In this document: piece after piece, positions 1-8,966 of the stretch | Numbering within the stretch: the first letter of the stretch is position 1 | Layout of the letters: every line of letters starts with the position of its first letter | Assembly: GCA_965116635.1 (NCBI GenBank) | Contig: OZ220710.1 | Location: forward strand, 4,319,467 to 4,383,466 | DNA: 64,000 nucleotides | Source: Thermodesulfobacteriota bacterium | GTDB taxonomy: Bacteria > Desulfobacterota > Binatia > UBA9968 > JAJDTQ01 | Direction of reading: 5' to 3' | The notes under the pieces: model-generated | Told to the model about the DNA's origin: nothing | Databases searched by the model: none | Seen by the model: only the letters and a program-made list of their open reading frames with translations | Made by a program: the position numbers and the translations under genes

Positions 1-678
1 CAGGGCCGGCGGGGTGAACTCGCCGGCGGTGATGGAGGGCTCCGGTCCCGGTCCCTCGCCTTTGGTGTGGGCCTCGTACTCGTAGATGGTGGTGAGGCGG
101 TTGGGGGTGAAGCCCGGGCTCACGGAGTTGACGTTGATGTTGTCACGGCCGAGCTCCACGGCCATCTGCCGGGTGAGCATGACGACGCCGCCCTTGGCGG
201 CGCTGTACGCGGAGCCGCCGGCGCTGCCCCGGTGGCCGGCGATGGAGGCGATGTTGACGATCTTCCCGCCACCCTGGCGTTTCATCACCGGCGCCACGTG
301 GCGCGTGCTCAGGTAGGCGGCCTTGAGGCAGATGTCGAGCACGAAGTCCCACTCGCCGGGTTCCATCTCGATGATGGTCTTGGGCGGGTAGATCTGGACG
401 GCTGCCGCGTTCACCACCACGTCGATGGTGCCAAAGCGCTCCACCACCCCGGCCACCATGCGGGCCACGTCTGCGTCGTCGGAGACGTCGCCCTGGGCGG
501 GAATCGCGGTTACGTCTCCGGTGAGCTTGTCGATGCACTCCAGGGCTTTCTCTTCCTTGAGGTCGTTGATGGCCAGCTTGGCGCCGTGATCGGTGAAGCC
601 CTGCGAAAAGGCGGTGCCCAGCACGCCGGCGCCGCCGGTGATCAGAACCACCTTGTCCTTGAGTCCGAGGTCTCTCAT
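1..678 (-). CDS. short-chain dehydrogenase/reductase (SDR) family oxidoreductase, C-terminus truncated by window edge
   Basis: Minus-strand translation from ATG (676-678) reads MRDLGLKDKVVLITGGAGVLG...NAAAV...YSAAKGGV, giving the Rossmann TGxxxGxG, NAA and YxxxK SDR motifs. An RBS GGGAGA lies upstream. The gene runs off the window so it is absent from the ORF track. Confidence 0.8.
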   Translation of the reverse strand, partial: MRDLGLKDKVVLITGGAGVLGTAFSQGFTDHGAKLAINDLKEEKALECIDKLTGDVTAIPAQGDVSDDADVARMVAGVVERFGTIDVVVNAAAVQIYPPKTIIEMEPGEWDFVLDICLKAAYLSTRHVAPVMKRQGGGKIVNIASIAGHRGSAGGSAYSAAKGGVVMLTRQMAVELGRDNINVNSVSPGFTPNRLTTIYEYEAHTKGEGPGPEPSITAGEFTPPAL

Positions 679-829
679 TGAATTTCTCCCGGCGTTGCGG
701 ACGCCCGCCGGAGCGGGCCGTTTTGCCGTCGGCACACGGCGGGCGACCGCCGGTCGCCCCTACGGGTTTTCGCGCTTTGGCGACGACAATGCACGCGCAG
801 TTTCACGAATCCGTTCCTGAGACAGGACA

Positions 830-1537
830 CTACCGCTGGGCGGCCCGGAGCTGCGGGACCGCTCGCAACGATTCGACGTGCGCCAGCGCCTCCGCCCGGG
901 TCACCACCGTCGCGTACTTGCTGTTCATCTCGTAGAGGTTCACGAGATGCGAGAACTGCGAGCGGTCGAACGTGCCTTCCTCCACCACAAACACGTTGTA
1001 TCCGTTGGAGTAGCCGTCGATGACCGTGGAGCGCACGCATCCGGAGGTGGAGGCGCCGGTGACGATCAGCGAGTCCACGCCCTTGCGTGTCAGGTAGGTG
1101 GTCAGGTGGGTTCCGAAGAACGCGCTGGCGCGGGCCTTGTGCACCACCCACTCGTCCTTGCGCGGACGGATCATTTGCGGGAACTGCACCGCCTGTTCGC
1201 TCGCGGTGGTGGGCTCCGCGGCGCGCTTGGTGGCGTTGCCGAAGACCGCCTTGAAGTCGGGATCGCTGGTGGAGTACACCACCGGCACCTTGCTCTTGCG
1301 GCACGCCACCAGCAGCTTGCGGATGTGGGGCAGCGCCTGCCATGCGGCCTTGCCGCAGCTCGACCGGAATTCGTCGATGGCGTCCAGGGTTTCCATCGGC
1401 CTGGTCCCGGTAAAGGCCGTGATGACGTCGATGATGAGCAGCGCCGGCCGCTGTCCGAAGGGCTGCTTGCCCTTGTAACCCGCCTTCTCGTAGATCCGGC
1501 GGTCGTACTCCGGGACGATCTTTTCCCAATCTCTCAT
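830..1537 (-). CDS. isochorismatase-family cysteine hydrolase
   Basis: The ORF track 830..1582 protein has an isochorismatase-like fold signature (ALLIIDVITAF..., catalytic Cys in GASTSGCVRST). The start is placed at the ATG of MRDWEKIV, which has a strong AGGAGG RBS 7 nt upstream. Confidence 0.7.
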   Translation of the reverse strand: MRDWEKIVPEYDRRIYEKAGYKGKQPFGQRPALLIIDVITAFTGTRPMETLDAIDEFRSSCGKAAWQALPHIRKLLVACRKSKVPVVYSTSDPDFKAVFGNATKRAAEPTTASEQAVQFPQMIRPRKDEWVVHKARASAFFGTHLTTYLTRKGVDSLIVTGASTSGCVRSTVIDGYSNGYNVFVVEEGTFDRSQFSHLVNLYEMNSKYATVVTRAEALAHVESLRAVPQLRAAQR

Positions 1538-1566
1538 GTTGTGCCTCCTGGGAGTTTCGGGGCCGC

Positions 1567-1608
1567 GTGCCGGTACTGGCACGGGCGGGTTTGAGACCCG
1601 CCCCTACA
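1567..1608. repeat. 41-nt double-hairpin element, copy A (GTGCC-N6-GGCAC then GGGCGGG-TTTGAGA-CCCGCCC)
   Basis: Two adjacent perfect stem-loops. A near-identical copy (36/41) lies at 12151..12191. Confidence 0.6.
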
Positions 1609-1682
1609 CATACCCCAACAGCGGATGACACTCAAATGTGGAGCGAAGAAGCGTTGGTCGGATTACGCTGCATTGGTCCGAC

Positions 1683-2123
1683 CTAAGGGAAGAAGGTTAG
1701 CTTGGCCAACAAGGCCAGGATGGCCGGGCCGAAGCTGAACACGGCGAAACGGAGGACGGCGATCTGCTTCTCGAGTCTTGAGAAGTCTTCCTTGGTGGCC
1801 ATGTTGGTTTCGACCTTGGCGATGCGGGCGTCGAGTCTGGCGAAGTCCTCCCTGTGGGCCATGTCGACCTTGGCGATGTGGCCTTCAAGTCTGGCGACAT
1901 CTTCCTTGGTGGCCATGTTGGCCTCAAGTCTCGCCATGTTGGCCTGGAGTTTGGCCATGTCGGCCTCAAGTCTTCCCATGTTGGCCTCGAGTTTGGCCAT
2001 GTCTTCTTTGGTCGCCATGCTCTCGGCGGGTGGTACGGCGCCAGCAGCGGCCTTCGCTCGGTCGGGGGAAGCCCCGGCTTCGATCAGCGCATCGTAGACT
2101 TCGGAAACGATCAGGCCCATCAT
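1683..2123 (-). CDS. DUF1640-like coiled-coil protein with C-terminal TM anchor
   Basis: Internal heptad-like repeats ATKEDxxxLEANM recur about six times, ending in the hydrophobic tail FAVFSFGPAILALLAKL. The start is set at the MMGLIVSEVYD ATG, which has a GGAG RBS. Confidence 0.5.
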   Translation of the reverse strand: MMGLIVSEVYDALIEAGASPDRAKAAAGAVPPAESMATKEDMAKLEANMGRLEADMAKLQANMARLEANMATKEDVARLEGHIAKVDMAHREDFARLDARIAKVETNMATKEDFSRLEKQIAVLRFAVFSFGPAILALLAKLTFFP

Positions 2124-2320
2124 TGCATCTCCGGATGCGCTGCTGGCGCGTGTACGGTTCGTTCCAGAACATGACGCCAAAAAACGACGGTAAAGTCAAG
2201 AATGGTCATGTAAAGAACGATCGGCGCTCGGTGGGGCTTCTTTAGCCTCAACTAGAGCCACTCCGCCCGGTTTCGCGCCCGCGGGGGGTACGGAAAGGTG
2301 GCTCGGCTGGAAACCCGCGG

Positions 2321-2947
2321 TCAGGCCCGCAGCGCCGCGAGCATGTCCCGGGCCGCGGCCCTGGGGTCGGGGGCTTCGGAGATGGCGGAGATGAGGGCGA
2401 TTCGGGCGGTGCCGTGGGCCTTGATCTCGGGGATGTGGTGCGGCTTGATGCCGCCGATGGCGAAGACAGGGACGGCCGCGGCGTCGGTGACGGCCTTGAG
2501 GGCGGCGGGTCCCTGGGGGTCGCCGAACGCGAGCTTGGAGCTGGTGGGGTAGACGGGTCCGAACAGGACGAAGTCGGCGCCCGCCTCGCCCGCCGAGCGC
2601 ACCTCCGCCGCCGAGTGGGTGGAAACGCCGATCTTCCGGTCCGGCCCGAGGAGTCCGCGGGCGACTGCCACAGGCATGGAGTTCGCCGCCAGGTGCACGC
2701 CGGCGGCGTCCGCCGCCAGCGCCACGTCCACGCGGTCGTTGATGTAGAGCTCGGCGCCGTAGCGGTCGCACAGCCGTTTCACGTTCCGGGCCAGCTCCAG
2801 CAGCGCCCCCCCGCCCAGGTCCTTCTCCCGGAGCTGTACGGCCCGTACGCCGCCCTCCAGGGCCTGTTCCAGCACCCACGGGAGATCACGGCCGGCCGTG
2901 GCGTGGCGGTCGGTGACGAGATAGAGGTCGAAGTCGATGGAGCTCAA
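2321..2947 (-). CDS. thiE: thiamine-phosphate synthase
   Basis: ThiE hallmarks are LYLVTD, VQLREK, GADFVLFGPVYPT and IGGI. Confidence 0.85.
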   Translation of the reverse strand: MSSIDFDLYLVTDRHATAGRDLPWVLEQALEGGVRAVQLREKDLGGGALLELARNVKRLCDRYGAELYINDRVDVALAADAAGVHLAANSMPVAVARGLLGPDRKIGVSTHSAAEVRSAGEAGADFVLFGPVYPTSSKLAFGDPQGPAALKAVTDAAAVPVFAIGGIKPHHIPEIKAHGTARIALISAISEAPDPRAAARDMLAALRA

Positions 2948-3021
2948 GGGTCTGCTGTCCGGCGGTAGGTCGAACCCGGCGGCTCAAGGGTTACCGCCCG
3001 GCGGCTGGGCGCGGCCCCGGG

Positions 3022-3831
3022 TCAGTGGAGCAGGCCTTCGATGGGACTCGAGGCCGTGGCGTAGAGCTTCCTGGGAATGCGCCCGGCCAGGAAGGCCTTG
3101 CGGCCGGCCTCCACCGCCTGCTTCATGGCGTCGGCCATGAGCACCGGGTCCTTGGCGCCGGCGATGGCGGTGTTCATCAGCACCCCGTCGCAGCCCATTT
3201 CCATGACGATGGCGGCGTCGGAGGCGGTGCCCACGCCAGCGTCCACGATGACCGGGATTGAGACGTTCTCCTGGATGATGCGGATGTTGTAGGGATTGCG
3301 GATGCCCAGGCCCGAGCCGATGGGCGCGGCCAGGGGCATGACCGCGGCGCAGCCCATGTCTTCGAGCTTCTTGGCGGTGACCACGTCGTCGCTGATGTAC
3401 GGCAGCACGGTGAAGCCGTCCTCCACCAACAGGCGCGCGGCTTCCAGGGTCCCGGGCGTGTCGGGATAGAGGGTCTTGTCATCGCCGATGACCTCGAGCT
3501 TGACCATGCTGCCGACCCCCGCCTCCCGGGCGAGACGGCAGGTGCGCACGGCTTCCTCGGGCGTGTAGCAGCCCGCGGTGTTGGGCAGGATCGTGAACCG
3601 CTTGGGGTCGAGGTAGTCGAGCAGGTTCTCCTGGTCCGGGTCGGTGATGTTGACCCGCCGCACCGCCACCGTGACGATCTCCGCTCCGGACACCTCGATG
3701 GCCTTGCGGGTCTCCTCGAAGTCGCGGTACTTGCCCGTGCCCACGATCAGCCGCGACCGGTATTCCTTCCCGGCCAGGCGCAGGGAATCGGGTGATGCCG
3801 CCTCCGGGACTTGCGGTTTGGGTTTGGTCAT
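3022..3831 (-). CDS. thiG: thiazole synthase
   Basis: Conserved ThiG core: [29 protein letters not shown]. The start overlaps the upstream thiS stop. Confidence 0.9.
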   Translation of the reverse strand: MTKPKPQVPEAASPDSLRLAGKEYRSRLIVGTGKYRDFEETRKAIEVSGAEIVTVAVRRVNITDPDQENLLDYLDPKRFTILPNTAGCYTPEEAVRTCRLAREAGVGSMVKLEVIGDDKTLYPDTPGTLEAARLLVEDGFTVLPYISDDVVTAKKLEDMGCAAVMPLAAPIGSGLGIRNPYNIRIIQENVSIPVIVDAGVGTASDAAIVMEMGCDGVLMNTAIAGAKDPVLMADAMKQAVEAGRKAFLAGRIPRKLYATASSPIEGLLH

Positions 3832-3835
3832 GGCT

Positions 3836-4044
3836 CTATCCGCCGCCGACGAACTGGACGATCTCCACCTCGTCGCCTTCCTTCAATTGCGTGTCGCCGT
3901 GCGCGTCCCGGGACACGACTTCGGCGTTGAGCTCGACGACCACGCGCCCGGGCCGGATCTCCAGGTCCTCCAGGAGTTGGGCGACGCTCAAGTCCGGCGC
4001 CACTTCGCTGTCCTTGCCGTTGATACGGATGACCACCAGGCAAT
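3836..4044 (-). CDS. thiS: sulfur-carrier protein ThiS
   Basis: A ~69-aa product [10 protein letters not shown]...[11 protein letters not shown] has the ubiquitin-like C-terminal GG. It sits immediately 5' of thiG. A GTG start is inferred. Confidence 0.65.
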
Positions 4045-4197
4045 CCTTGCGGGGCGGCCCTCGCGTCTTGCCGAAGACAACGCCCAGCGCAGCTACATTA
4101 TCGCATATTCCAATTGGGACGCCAGTGCCCGGGCACACCCGCCAATCCGGAAGGACCCCGTAGGGGCGACCGGCGGGTCGCCCTGTTAGGCCTGTCG

Positions 4198-5145
4198 CTA
4201 GCGCCCGGCCGCGATCTTCACCTCGAGCACGCCGATGCCCTCCACCTCGCCCTCCACCTTGTCGCCGACATTGAGGAAGATGGGCGGAGTCCGGGCGAAG
4301 CCTACCCCCGACGGCGTTCCCGTGCTGATGATGTCGCCGGGCTCCAGGGTCAGGCCGTCGGACAGCGACTCGATGGTCGCGGGAATGTCGAAGATCATGT
4401 CCCGGGTGTTGCCGTCCTGCATGGTCTCGCCGTTGACGCGGCATTGCAGCCTGACCGCCTTGGGATCGGGCATGGCGCTCTTGTGCACGATGCTGGGTCC
4501 CAGCGGGCAGAAGGTGTCCAGCGACTTGCCCTTCCACCACTGCAGGTGCCGGCGCTGCAGGTCGCGGGCGGTCATGTCCAGGCAGACCGTGTAGCCGAAG
4601 ATGTAGTCGTTGGCCTTGGCGCGGGGGATGTTGCGGCCCTTCCGGCCGATGACCACCGCCAGCTCCACTTCCCAGTCGATCTTGCTGGTGGCCGAATGGG
4701 CGAGCACCTTGCCCTGGTCGCCGATGACCGCGGTGGCCGGCTTGGTAAAGAACACCGGCACCTCGGGCGTGTTGAGCTGGACTCCCCGGGCGCGCACGCC
4801 TTCGTCGATGTGTTCCTGGTAGTTGACTCCCAGGCAGATGACGTTCTTTCGTGGCGCGGGAATCGGCGACAGCAGCCGGGCGCGGTTTCGTTGCACCAGC
4901 ATCCCCGCCTGGGCGAGCCTCCGAATGCCCTTGGTATCGAGCCCGCCGACGTACTTGGCCGCCTTCCTGGCGGTCGTGACGGCCTTGGCGCCGGCCTCGA
5001 TAAAGGCCTGCATGCTGTCCAGATACGAGGCGGTGCTCCCCGGCAGATAACGCCTGCTGACCTCCCGGAGATCGATGATCTGATCGTCCCCGGTCATCAC
5101 CCCCAGGCGGGTCTTGCCGCGGAAACTGTACGTAACGAAGCGCAT
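4198..5145 (-). CDS. fumarylacetoacetate hydrolase (FAH) family protein
   Basis: FAH-family motifs (ICLGVNY, VELAVVIG, GDIISTGTPSGVG). The start is set at MRFVTYSF, which has an AGAGGAGG RBS. Confidence 0.75.
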   Translation of the reverse strand: MRFVTYSFRGKTRLGVMTGDDQIIDLREVSRRYLPGSTASYLDSMQAFIEAGAKAVTTARKAAKYVGGLDTKGIRRLAQAGMLVQRNRARLLSPIPAPRKNVICLGVNYQEHIDEGVRARGVQLNTPEVPVFFTKPATAVIGDQGKVLAHSATSKIDWEVELAVVIGRKGRNIPRAKANDYIFGYTVCLDMTARDLQRRHLQWWKGKSLDTFCPLGPSIVHKSAMPDPKAVRLQCRVNGETMQDGNTRDMIFDIPATIESLSDGLTLEPGDIISTGTPSGVGFARTPPIFLNVGDKVEGEVEGIGVLEVKIAAGR

Positions 5146-5375
5146 CGGCGAACCTCCTCTCCGCTTCCGGTGGATCGTTCGCGGGTCTCTCCCGCTCTCT
5201 GTCGATGTCTCTGGAGACAAGCGTTCCGAAGAAAAACGCCATATCCTCATAGAGAAGCGCCGTACCGTTGTCAACCCGCCGGCGTCGGCGCGGTCGCGGC
5301 GCCACGAAATTGCACGCCCGGCTGGGCGGTGTTACCCTTCCCGGTGTGAAACGAGCCAAAGGACAACGCACCGCC

Positions 5376-5573
5376 ATGGAGGTGGGGGACCGCGTCCTGG
5401 TGAGGGGGGACTTGCGCAGGCAGGTCATGCTGGTGGCCAGGGTGGATGTTCCCCACTCGACCCAGAAGGTGTTCCTCTCGCGGTCGGGCGGGGACTTCAC
5501 GGTGGGCCTCAAGATCTGGAAATCGGACTACACCTGGAGCGAGAAGAACCAGATGTGGGTGTCGAAACGCTGA
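5376..5573 (+). CDS. hypothetical small protein
   Basis: An ORF in the divergent intergenic region between the FAH gene and holA. It has a weak RBS and no recognisable family. Confidence 0.25.
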   Translation: MEVGDRVLVRGDLRRQVMLVARVDVPHSTQKVFLSRSGGDFTVGLKIWKSDYTWSEKNQMWVSKR

Positions 5574-5596
5574 CGGCGCTTTCGCCGGCCTGATCG

Positions 5597-6913
5597 ATGG
5601 CGCAGGACCTGGAAACGCTCCTGAAGGGCCTCCGCGAAGGCGTGGGGCCGGCCATCATGCTGCTCCATGGCGACGAGTTCCGCGTCCGCGGAGCGAGCCG
5701 CGCCATTCTGAACCTCATCGCCCCCGATTCGGACCGCGCCCTCGGCACTTCGGCTTTCGATGGCCGGAGCGCGCCCTGGGACGAGATCGAGGCCAGCCTC
5801 ATGACCCCGTCCCTTTTCGTCTCCGCCTGCACGGTGGTGGTGGAAAACGTTCCCTGGTTCGCACCCGCCGAGCGCAAGGTGGATCTGCTGGACAAGTCCC
5901 TGAACCTCTGGGAGGAGGGGCGGCGGGACGACAGCGGACGCGCCTTCATGGCGTTGTTGCGGTCGGAGGGGTGGACGCGGGAGCGGTGGCTGGATGCGGC
6001 GGACGCGGCGCAATTGGCGGATACCGTCAAGGATTACCGGGCACACGTCCGGGAGATCCAGGCGGTCTGGCAATACTGCCGCGAGCAGAATCTCACTCCG
6101 GGCAATCCCAAGGCCGACGAACAGAGCCGGATCCTGCAACTGCTGGAGCGGGGGCTGCCGGACGGTTGCCGCCTGTTGCTGCTGGCCCCCCAGGTGGACA
6201 AGCGCGGGCGCGGCTACAAGCAGTTGACCCGCCAGGGCTGCGTCGTCGACCTGTCGGTGGAACGGGACCGGAGCGGGCGCATCCGCCGCGAATCCCTCGC
6301 CGCCTTTCTCGATCAGCGCCTCCGCCGGGGGCGCAAGCGGATCGACCCGCAGGCCCGGGAGGTGGTGCTGTCCCGGTGCGGCAACGAGCTCTGGGCCGTC
6401 GATCAGGAGATCGAGAAACTGCTCCTGTACGTCGGGGAGGCGGAGACCGTGGCCGTTGCCGACGTCGAGGAGATCTTCACCGACCAGTCGGAGAGCTGGG
6501 TGTTCGACCTGACGGATTCCCTGGGGGAGAGGGATACGCTCCAGGCCCTGGGTTTTCTCAGGCGCCTCATGGCCAACGGCGAATATCCGCTACGCGTGCT
6601 GGGCGCCATCGCCAGCCAGGTGCGCCGACTGCTGAGCGCCCGCCAACTCCTGGACCATGAGCTGGCCAGGGTCTGGCGCCGGCGCATGTCCTACACCGAG
6701 TTCCAGCAGCGGGTCCCCGCCGATACGGAAGGCCTCCCCACCAAGAGCCCCTACGCCAACTACCTGACCTTGCAGCGGGCGGAAAGGTTCACCCTTTCCG
6801 AGCTCAAGGGTTTTCTCCGGTTGATCCGAGAGACCGATGAACGCCTCAAATCCTCGGGCCACCAGCCCCAGGCTGTAATGGAAAGGCTGATCCTGGAAAT
6901 GTGCCGCCCGTGA
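5597..6913 (+). CDS. holA: DNA polymerase III subunit delta (with insertion)
   Basis: N-terminal MLLHGDEF...DGRSAPWDEIEASLMTPSLF and C-terminal CGNELWAVDQEIEKLLLY...VFDLTDSL...RQLL match the HolA pattern. Confidence 0.65.
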   Translation: MAQDLETLLKGLREGVGPAIMLLHGDEFRVRGASRAILNLIAPDSDRALGTSAFDGRSAPWDEIEASLMTPSLFVSACTVVVENVPWFAPAERKVDLLDKSLNLWEEGRRDDSGRAFMALLRSEGWTRERWLDAADAAQLADTVKDYRAHVREIQAVWQYCREQNLTPGNPKADEQSRILQLLERGLPDGCRLLLLAPQVDKRGRGYKQLTRQGCVVDLSVERDRSGRIRRESLAAFLDQRLRRGRKRIDPQAREVVLSRCGNELWAVDQEIEKLLLYVGEAETVAVADVEEIFTDQSESWVFDLTDSLGERDTLQALGFLRRLMANGEYPLRVLGAIASQVRRLLSARQLLDHELARVWRRRMSYTEFQQRVPADTEGLPTKSPYANYLTLQRAERFTLSELKGFLRLIRETDERLKSSGHQPQAVMERLILEMCRP

Positions 6914-6994
6914 ACGGGTCTGGTTGATTCTTCTCGGTCGCTAAAGATCCCGCGGGTCGCGCCGATTCCTACTCTCAAGGAGTCGAGTCAGGAT

Positions 6995-7486
6995 ATGGTG
7001 CGAGATTTTTTGCGGCGGCTTTCCGTTCCGTTGGCGGCGCTTCTCCTGGGGGCCTTCGTCGCCGGTTTCTTCGTCCATCTCCTGTACGGGCGTTGGGCCG
7101 GGCCGGCGCCGTGCGCGGAGCCCTTGCCCGGCGCTTCGGCTTCCGCCACGGATCCGTCCACCCCGGGCGACCTGCCGCTGGTGGACGTAATGGAAGTGGA
7201 GCGGCTCCAGGAGTTGGCGGGCGTGCTGGCGCGGGTCCGGGGCCGGGTCCACCGCGTCGGGCACTCGTCCAGAAGCAACACCTACTTCCTGGACTTCGGC
7301 CCCTCCCGATCGGCGTTCACCGCGGTCATCTTCTCCTCCGCGGCGGACGCCTTCCTGCGGGAGAAGGCCCATCCCAAGCAGTTCCAGGGTCAGGAAGTGG
7401 AGCTCACCGGACGGATCAAGGACGACCCCAAGTACGGCCTGGAGATGATTTTGGAGAGCCCGGCGCAGATCAGGGTGCTGCCGTGA
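6995..7486 (+). CDS. hypothetical membrane-anchored protein with C-terminal OB-fold-like domain
   Basis: N-terminal TM helix and an AAGGAG RBS. The C-terminal segment NTYFLDFG...VELTGRIKDDPKYGLEMIL resembles tRNA_anti-like OB folds. Confidence 0.45.
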   Translation: MVRDFLRRLSVPLAALLLGAFVAGFFVHLLYGRWAGPAPCAEPLPGASASATDPSTPGDLPLVDVMEVERLQELAGVLARVRGRVHRVGHSSRSNTYFLDFGPSRSAFTAVIFSSAADAFLREKAHPKQFQGQEVELTGRIKDDPKYGLEMILESPAQIRVLP

Positions 7487-7538
7487 CCCCGGCGGCTTTT
7501 CTTGGATCGTCGGACGTTTTGGGCTAAGCTCCGCGCTC

Positions 7539-7715
7539 ATGGAGAACCGTCCTCGGGAACGCTGCATGGTGTGCGCCAAGGTCGCTCCGCTGAGCGGCGG
7601 CATCTGCCAGCCCTGCAACGAGAAGATTCGCGCGGAGGCCCAGGGAGGCCAGCGGGACATTCGCGACCGCTCCGACCGGGCACTGCGGAAGCACGGGGTC
7701 AAACCGGAGAAATAG
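7539..7715 (+). CDS. small zinc-ribbon protein (58 aa), not in ORF track
   Basis: Translation is MENRPRERCMVCAKVAPLSGGICQPCNEK..., with a CxxC...CxxC arrangement. It fills the gap between the two flanking genes on the same strand. Confidence 0.35.
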   Translation: MENRPRERCMVCAKVAPLSGGICQPCNEKIRAEAQGGQRDIRDRSDRALRKHGVKPEK

Positions 7716-7766
7716 AACCACGGTCCGGCTCCGGAGTGGCCTGGTGCAGGCCGCCGGGCGGCGCGA

Positions 7767-8381
7767 ATGACAGGCGATCCACGACACTTCGAATCCATCG
7801 GCAACCGGCTGGGATTCCGCGCGCAACCCTCGGGCGATCACGAGCTCAACCTGGTGTGGCGCGGCGGACGCTTCCCGGCCCTCCTGTGCCTCGGCATCGC
7901 CGTCTTTCTGCTGCTGCTCTCGGTGCCGGTCTTCCTCGCCATCCTCGCCCAGGGACTCGACAGCGCGGTGGGAAACCTGTGGTACTTCCCGACCATGAAC
8001 GCGGTGCTCTTCGGGGTGGTGCTGTTCCTGCTCACCCTCAAGCGCGAGATCCGCATCGACCGGCGCACCGGCACGGTGTCCATGAGCCGCAGCAGCCTGC
8101 TGATGCGGCGCCGTTTGACCGTGGAGTTCGACGAGGTCCGGGCCCTGAGGGTGGCCGACGACGAGGTGTACAGCGGATTCGCCGTGGCCGGTTCCACGGC
8201 GGGACAGAAGTCCTTTCCCGCCCGCTCGCTTCGTCTGCTGCTTTCCGGCTCGCGGTCGGTGCTGCTCGATCGGGGCGGCGGCAGGCGACTCGATGAGCTG
8301 GCGGCGCGGATCGCGAGCTTCATGGACAAACCGGTGGAACGGGTCCCGCGCGACAGTTCCGCGGCTCCCGGCGGGGGTTGA
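7767..8381 (+). CDS. hypothetical membrane protein (2 TM helices + cytoplasmic domain)
   Basis: Two hydrophobic helices (LLCLGIAVFLLLLSVPVFLAILA, AVLFGVVLFLLTL). No family was recognised. Confidence 0.45.
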   Translation: MTGDPRHFESIGNRLGFRAQPSGDHELNLVWRGGRFPALLCLGIAVFLLLLSVPVFLAILAQGLDSAVGNLWYFPTMNAVLFGVVLFLLTLKREIRIDRRTGTVSMSRSSLLMRRRLTVEFDEVRALRVADDEVYSGFAVAGSTAGQKSFPARSLRLLLSGSRSVLLDRGGGRRLDELAARIASFMDKPVERVPRDSSAAPGGG

Positions 8382-8486
8382 CCGGCCACCCGATTCTTCC
8401 TATAACAAGGCGGCGTCCGGGTAATCTTCACAGACCCCGCCAAGCAACGCCAAGTAACGAAATCTCACGATCGGAGACGGATTTTC

Positions 8487-8954
8487 ATGGACAAGAAGAT
8501 CAAGTTTCGCGTCAACGGGACGGAACACGAAATGGAGGTACCCACCAACCGGTTGCTGGTGGACCTGCTGCGCTACGATCTGGGCCTCACCGGAACCAAG
8601 GAAGGCTGCAGCGTCGGCGTGTGCGGCGCGTGTACGGTGCTCGTCAACGGAGAGATGGTGAGCTCGTGTCTGGCGCTGGCGGTATTCGCCGACGGCCAGG
8701 ACGTGACCACGGTGGAGGGGCTGGCCCAGGACGGCGAGCTTCACCCGGTGCAGCAGAGCTTCATCCGCTACGGCGGCTTCCAGTGCGGCATCTGCACCCC
8801 CGGCCAGGTGGTGGCGGCCAAGGCGTTGCTGGACCGCAACCCCCGGCCCAACGAAGAAGAGATCAAGGATTGGATGATGGGGAACCTGTGCCGTTGCACC
8901 GGCTACTACAAGATCATCGAGTCCATCGAGAAGGCGCACGAGTTCGCCAAGTAA
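8487..8954 (+). CDS. coxS: (2Fe-2S)-binding small subunit of a Mo-hydroxylase (CoxS/XdhC-like)
   Basis: CSVGVCGACTV and CGICTPG...CRCTGY cluster motifs. Confidence 0.9.
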   Translation: MDKKIKFRVNGTEHEMEVPTNRLLVDLLRYDLGLTGTKEGCSVGVCGACTVLVNGEMVSSCLALAVFADGQDVTTVEGLAQDGELHPVQQSFIRYGGFQCGICTPGQVVAAKALLDRNPRPNEEEIKDWMMGNLCRCTGYYKIIESIEKAHEFAK

Positions 8955-8966
8955 GGGGTCCAAGGA

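Noticed and set aside
143-538. Arg/Gly-rich antisense ORFs throughout the track (e.g. 143-538, 2196-2879, 15681-16913, 20360-21661, 21646-23706, 36317-36709, 48015-49886, 48353-50413)
   Set aside because: These are typical high-GC antisense or off-frame artefacts. They are low complexity (R/G/P/A-rich), overlap well-supported genes on the other strand, and show no domain signatures.
1567-1608. Sigma-54 promoter (TGGCACG...) inside the double-hairpin element
   Set aside because: TGGCACG is present, but the -12 element (TTGCW at the correct spacing) is absent, and copy B has GGGCAC instead.
4045-4197. TPP riboswitch upstream of the thiS-thiG-thiE operon
   Set aside because: The minus-strand leader has a GGGUGUGCCC-like stretch. 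It lacks the conserved CUGAGA and UGAUC...GGNUAAUNCC...AGGGA elements, so it is not callable by eye. A covariance-model scan (Rfam RF00059) would be decisive.
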